A DNA stretch of 64,000 nt, from the sequence record NZ_CP084508.1; one strand, 5' to 3'. Of the stretch, positions 60,116 to 64,000 are shown in pieces. The notes under the pieces were generated by a model that worked only from the letters and a program-made list of their open reading frames with translations, had not been told where the DNA came from and ran no database searches. How positions within the stretch are numbered: position 1 is the first letter of the stretch; the number at the start of each line of letters is the position of its first letter. The DNA comes from a plasmid. Made by a program: the position numbers and the translations under genes.

Positions 60116-61084
60116 TCATACCCCTTTGAACTCAGCTATAGCCCGAACCAACGCAGTCTGAGGATTTTCCAGTGTTACCACTTTATCCCCTAAGTGATTC
60201 CAGGCCTCTTTGACCGCATCTGAAATCAGCGACGCCCCACCCCCGACAATGTACACACGATTAACATGTCGAAAACTGGCCAACTCATCAACAACTCGGG
60301 ACCCTAACTCCTCGATTGCCGTATTCATTGTCTCCATTACCGATTGGATCTTTGAGCTATCATTTACAACCTGACGTACAAAATCATTTTGGTTACGACG
60401 CTTAATTAACTCATCTGTAACGAGAGGACTGGTCTCTGAATCAGCCATTTTTAGGGCAAATTGCGTGGCCTTTGTCACTGAGGATACACCAATGTTCGGG
60501 TTGCCATGTATAGCCGTAATACCATCAAACTGACCAGTGATCACCCCCGCATCCAGTGTAGTGCCGCCCAAATCAATCACTAGCGACTTTTCAAATGATC
60601 CGACGTTGTCCTGTACCAACCGGGTGAAAACTGCTGGTAACGACTCTGGCATCACCTCCACGCTCTCGATCTTAAATGCAGTCGCTTTGTTGATGGAAAC
60701 AGTCCGCAGCAAGTTATCAATTTTACGTTGGATGTTTCGCTCATTTTTTTGGCAATCGGGTTGATAGAACTCGCTAATGGGCAATGTCACGGTTAGTGAT
60801 ACTGCCTGTGGCTCAAGACCACTGGAAAGCAAAGCGTGATGAACAGCTAACACGTTAACATCTGAATACTGGTACTCAATATGAGTCGTAGCAATCGCAG
60901 CTGTACTCACTGGATCATAGGTGTACTTCTTCCCATCCAGCTCATAATTAAATGCACGATTTCCCAGCCCTTCAACCTGCCAACCGGAACGAAAACTGTT
61001 TGTGGATACAAGCGTTTTAACCTCTGTACCCTCGTGCCATGCCAGCTTTACGTTAGTAGAACCATCATCGCAAAAAATTTTCAT
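60116..61084 (-). CDS. parM: ParM/StbA actin-like partition ATPase
   Basis: MKIFCDDGSTNVKLAWHE...YSDVNVLAVHHALLSSGL...VMPESLPA...IDLGGTTLD...VYIVGGGA contains the actin-fold phosphate-1 and adenosine motifs as in R1 ParM. Start is at the internal MKIF. Confidence 0.85.
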   Translation of the reverse strand: MKIFCDDGSTNVKLAWHEGTEVKTLVSTNSFRSGWQVEGLGNRAFNYELDGKKYTYDPVSTAAIATTHIEYQYSDVNVLAVHHALLSSGLEPQAVSLTVTLPISEFYQPDCQKNERNIQRKIDNLLRTVSINKATAFKIESVEVMPESLPAVFTRLVQDNVGSFEKSLVIDLGGTTLDAGVITGQFDGITAIHGNPNIGVSSVTKATQFALKMADSETSPLVTDELIKRRNQNDFVRQVVNDSSKIQSVMETMNTAIEELGSRVVDELASFRHVNRVYIVGGGASLISDAVKEAWNHLGDKVVTLENPQTALVRAIAEFKGV

Positions 61085-61089
61085 GCCAA

Positions 61090-61380
61090 CCTCTCTGGTA
61101 AACAAAGACCAAAACCTCAATTTGAGTAACAGAATCACAAAGTTACTCAATCTGAGTCATTCAACTCAGTGTAATCTCAAGTTATACTCAAAATCAAATT
61201 ATTTTAAAATTATTTTAATATTAAAACGATATCATATCAATATCTATAGTGTAGATAGTCAATCCCATCACCACCTCCCTACACCTTACATGATACTCAA
61301 ACTGAGTAAGTCAACAGAGTCACTACTAATCACAAATACTCATTCTGAGTATTTATGATTGGTATCCACTGGGCAATCAA
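61090..61380. promoter_or_regulatory. parC: parC-like centromere/promoter: repeated ACTCA-N-TGAGT iterons upstream of parM
   Basis: At least six copies of TACTCAAAnTGAGTa-like units (ttgagtaacag, ttactcaatctgagtca, tcaactcagtg, tatactcaaaatc, atactcaaactgagtaag, tactcattctgagtat). Confidence 0.5.
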
Positions 61381-61556
61381 ATAGAGAGGCACCAGCGGTA
61401 CGCTGGCTTACGGATCGCCACCATCAGAGGCTTTTCGCCTCGGTAAAATAATATTATTTTAATATTAAAACAATTTAATCTATCGGCTGTTTTGTGTGTT
61501 GACAAACGCTTATGGTTAACTATCATGTTAATATTATATTAATATTAAGGCTCGGT

Positions 61557-62210
61557 ATGATACTCACGATTGCGAATACCAAAGGCGGCGTAGGTAAGTC
61601 AACCTTAGCCGTGAATATTGCAGCAGCAAGGGCTCTTCAAGGGCGCAAGGTTTGGCTTGTTGATGGTGATAAACAAGGATCGTCTCAAACAGCTATTTTG
61701 GTCAGATCTGAATCAGGCGTTACTCCAGGTATAGCCTGTTCACACTATCCTGATGGGGCTGTATTGCGCAGCCAAGTACTCCTACAAAAAGACGGATTCG
61801 ATGATGTTATCATTGAGTGTGGGGGGAGAGACTCAACAGCAATGCGTGCTGCTTTAACACTGACTGACGTATTCCTATGCCCAACAGCACCAGGGAGCTT
61901 TGAAGCGTGGGCTATGGATGCCAATAGAGATCTCGTCAGAGAGGCAAGAAGTATCCGAGATGGACTCGTCTGTTACGCGTTACTCAATAAGGCTGATACT
62001 CATCCGAAAGCATCAGACAATGCAGAAATGCTAGAGATGATGGAAGAGTATAAAGATGACATGCCAATACTCAACACCACTATCTACTCGAGAAAAGCTT
62101 TCTCTAATGCAGCGGGTAGTGGCAGGACAGTAAAAGAGTTGAAGCTACGCTCACGAGAAAAAGTGGCCATTGACGAGTTGGATAAACTTATTTCGATGTT
62201 ATTTGAATAG
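61557..62210 (+). CDS. parA: ParA/ParF-type (type Ib) partition ATPase
   Basis: Deviant Walker A KGGVGKST at the N-terminus; ~217 aa, with no N-terminal HTH extension. Confidence 0.8.
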   Translation: MILTIANTKGGVGKSTLAVNIAAARALQGRKVWLVDGDKQGSSQTAILVRSESGVTPGIACSHYPDGAVLRSQVLLQKDGFDDVIIECGGRDSTAMRAALTLTDVFLCPTAPGSFEAWAMDANRDLVREARSIRDGLVCYALLNKADTHPKASDNAEMLEMMEEYKDDMPILNTTIYSRKAFSNAAGSGRTVKELKLRSREKVAIDELDKLISMLFE

Positions 62211-62255
62211 CTTTTTAATACTCATTTAATATTAAAACAATATTAAGGTAATATT

Positions 62256-62531
62256 ATGGCAATCCAAAAAAAACCCCAATCTATAGTAACGACGACTGAT
62301 TCAGCTGTAGAGAAATTCATAAATGCAGCTCCTGATGGTCAAAGCAAGAAAGGTGTTATAAAAGGTAAGAAGCAACAAATCACCATTACGATGGAGCCGT
62401 CACTCATAGAACAGATTGATGCTGCGGCAGCAGAAAACGGTCAATCAAGAGCCGCGTTCATTAACATGTCTTGCATCAATGCCCTCGAAAACGGTGTCCA
62501 AATAGGTGGCCGAAAGAAGTATCAAAACTAG
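62256..62531 (+). CDS. parG: ParG-like ribbon-helix-helix centromere-binding protein
   Basis: 91 aa with a flexible basic N-terminal tail, then an RHH (QITITMEPSLIEQIDAAAAENGQSRAAFINMSC). Immediately downstream of the ParA-type gene. Confidence 0.6.
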   Translation: MAIQKKPQSIVTTTDSAVEKFINAAPDGQSKKGVIKGKKQQITITMEPSLIEQIDAAAAENGQSRAAFINMSCINALENGVQIGGRKKYQN

Positions 62532-62538
62532 CAGAAAG

Positions 62539-62579
62539 TAATATGACAGTGAAATCATAAACATATCATTGTCATATTA
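62539..62579. repeat. Inverted repeat taatatgacagtga-N13-tcattgtcatatta between the parG and recombinase stops
   Basis: 13/14-bp arms. Candidate recombination site for the adjacent tyrosine recombinase, or a bidirectional terminator. Confidence 0.3.
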
Positions 62580-63410
62580 AACTGATACTAAAATAATATT
62601 ACTTTGATATTTTACATTACAGCCTGATTTTCTCAAGATAGCTACGGCATCTGTTTCCGACATCGAAAAATTCACACGCTGTTTAGCGGCGACATCGAGC
62701 GCAAAAATCCGTGTGTAGACCTCTGTCGATTTTAAACTTTTGTGCCCCAGTAGTCCCTGCAGAACCTTAATAGGGACCCCCGCGTAGATCATATGCATCG
62801 CGTAGGAGTGCCGGAACGTGTGGGGCGTGACTGGCACGCTAAATGTCACCCCGTCGGCAGCCGCCCGGGCAACCGCATCATTTAGCCAGGTTCGCACTGT
62901 GCGATCGGTAACCTCCCAAATTCTGGCCGGGGCCATCCTTCCCGTGCGGCGCTCTTTACGCTCCATTGGTATGCGCAGTGTCGCAATCATCGTTTGCAGT
63001 TGTTCTATATAGTGCGGATCGGACAGCGGAACTAGCCGGTTAGTCACGCTATTTCGGGCAGGCGCGCCGGGACCGCGTAGGGCTTTTTCCTGGCGTTGTT
63101 TGAGCGTGGCCAGTGATACATACGGATACGGCCCCGAAAACGAAAAGTCGCGACGGCACAACGATAACGCTTCATTGATCCGCGCGCCGGTATTCCATAG
63201 TGTGGCGATGAGGGTTTTCTGGTACAGGTCGGGGATATAGTGCAGCAGAGCGCTGATCTCCACGGCCAGCAGGTATTTGGGATAGTCATCGTGAGCCAGG
63301 GCCAACTGGCGCAATGCCAAGGCCACTGGGTAGTCGATAGAGACTGGTAAGGTAGGCGACGTAATCAAGGGCGATTCGTTATAGCGTTGCGGATAGTGAT
63401 CGCCATTCAT
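62577..63410 (-). CDS. Tyrosine site-specific recombinase (Xer/ResD-like; probable multimer resolvase)
   Basis: The C-terminus HTFRHSYAMHMIYAGVPIKVLQGLLGHKSLKSTEVYTRIF carries the R...HxxR...Y catalytic box. Start is chosen at the ATG at 63408-63410, which overlaps the upstream stop as ATGA; the ORF is open to 63545. Confidence 0.75.
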   Translation of the reverse strand: MNGDHYPQRYNESPLITSPTLPVSIDYPVALALRQLALAHDDYPKYLLAVEISALLHYIPDLYQKTLIATLWNTGARINEALSLCRRDFSFSGPYPYVSLATLKQRQEKALRGPGAPARNSVTNRLVPLSDPHYIEQLQTMIATLRIPMERKERRTGRMAPARIWEVTDRTVRTWLNDAVARAAADGVTFSVPVTPHTFRHSYAMHMIYAGVPIKVLQGLLGHKSLKSTEVYTRIFALDVAAKQRVNFSMSETDAVAILRKSGCNVKYQSNIILVSV

Positions 63411-64000
63411 GCCGCCGCCCCTTGGCATGAACTGACCGCCGGCAACAACATGATTTCCAAAAATCCGGCCCTCTGCACCGGCGAGGAGATACGTATGTGG
63501 CATTGTTGGCATAGCGTTGTCACCCCACTGGCTTGTTCTCCACATAACCGCAGCACTATCGGCGCAATCTGGCGTTGCTCCTCATCAAAGCTCTCCTGCA
63601 ACTGTGATTTTCGCATGTAGAGCGCATGATTCGAGTTTTCAATCACCTGATTGTCCCATTCGTCGTCGCTCACCAAAAAATTTAGCCACCCCATGCCCTT
63701 CATTGTTTCAACGAGGTAGGTCAACCGAAACAGATCGCTTTGCTCAGCCAGCTGGCCAGTACCGGAGCTGTAGATATACTCTACCTTTTGACGCAATTTG
63801 GCTGCGAATCCATATTTTTTGCCCTGAGCCTGTAACCACAAAATGTCTGGAGCCCTCTCTTTCGGAAACACCTTGTGCTTCTGGGCATTCGCTAACCAGC
63901 GCATGATAAACAGGTGGGTATGTAGAGGTGTGCTGATCTGCCCATCGCGCTCGGCAAGGCGGATAGCCACCAACAGGCACCAAGCCAAATGAGTCAGCCC
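63407..64000 (-). CDS. Hypothetical protein, translationally coupled to the recombinase; extends beyond the window end
   Basis: More than 190 aa of open frame from the window edge to the stop at 63407; no recognised motifs. Confidence 0.3.
   Translation of the reverse strand, partial: GLTHLAWCLLVAIRLAERDGQISTPLHTHLFIMRWLANAQKHKVFPKERAPDILWLQAQGKKYGFAAKLRQKVEYIYSSGTGQLAEQSDLFRLTYLVETMKGMGWLNFLVSDDEWDNQVIENSNHALYMRKSQLQESFDEEQRQIAPIVLRLCGEQASGVTTLCQQCHIRISSPVQRAGFLEIMLLPAVSSCQGAAA

Overview
This window looks like part of a large F-like (MOBF/MPF-F) conjugative plasmid from a high-GC enterobacterium, about 57-60% GC in the tra genes. All calls below rest on recognising protein motifs by eye; no database search was run, and the Rpn, RepA and leading-region-hypothetical calls in particular are from recall of family sequences.

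1. Cargo module (1-6000): the 3' end of cusA, serine-recombinase pseudogene fragments, a PLP-dependent methionine gamma-lyase / cystathionine gamma-synthase family enzyme with an adjacent NhaC-like transporter, an IS3-family transposase remnant and an Rpn/YhgA-like nuclease.
2. Bacteriocin locus (6060-9137): a colicin E3-type 16S rRNase bacteriocin with immunity and lysis genes. The imm-lys module is tandemly duplicated, each copy preceded by a stub of the colicin 3' end. A palindromic double LexA box sits at the promoter.
3. Replication and fertility control (10140-13020): an IncFII-family repA replicon, a frameshifted DUF2726-like gene and finO.
4. Transfer region (13034-43145), on the minus strand: traX, traI, a vapBC insertion, traD, traS-like, traG, traH, trbB, traQ, traF, traN, trbC, traU, traW, trbI, traC, traV, two small ORFs at the traP/trbD position, traB, traK, traE, traL, traA and traY. 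The traJ slot holds an AT-rich LuxR/GerE-type regulator. traT is relocated to sit between traM and that regulator, followed by traM and oriT with an F-like nic motif.
5. Leading region (43234-55653), the most interesting part: gene X (lytic transglycosylase), ardC, psiA, psiB, a ParB-like nuclease-domain protein, ssb, two orphan DNA methyltransferases, an antirestriction-family protein and three hypothetical proteins. They are organised behind two homologous ~700-bp GC-rich ssDNA-promoter (Frpo/ssi)-like repeats plus further long hairpins. The three hypothetical proteins are candidate new anti-defence functions.
6. Remainder (56307-64000): an AT-rich autotransporter adhesin, a type II parMR partition locus with parC iterons placed back-to-back with a type Ib parF/parG locus, a tyrosine recombinase and a partial unknown ORF running off the window end.
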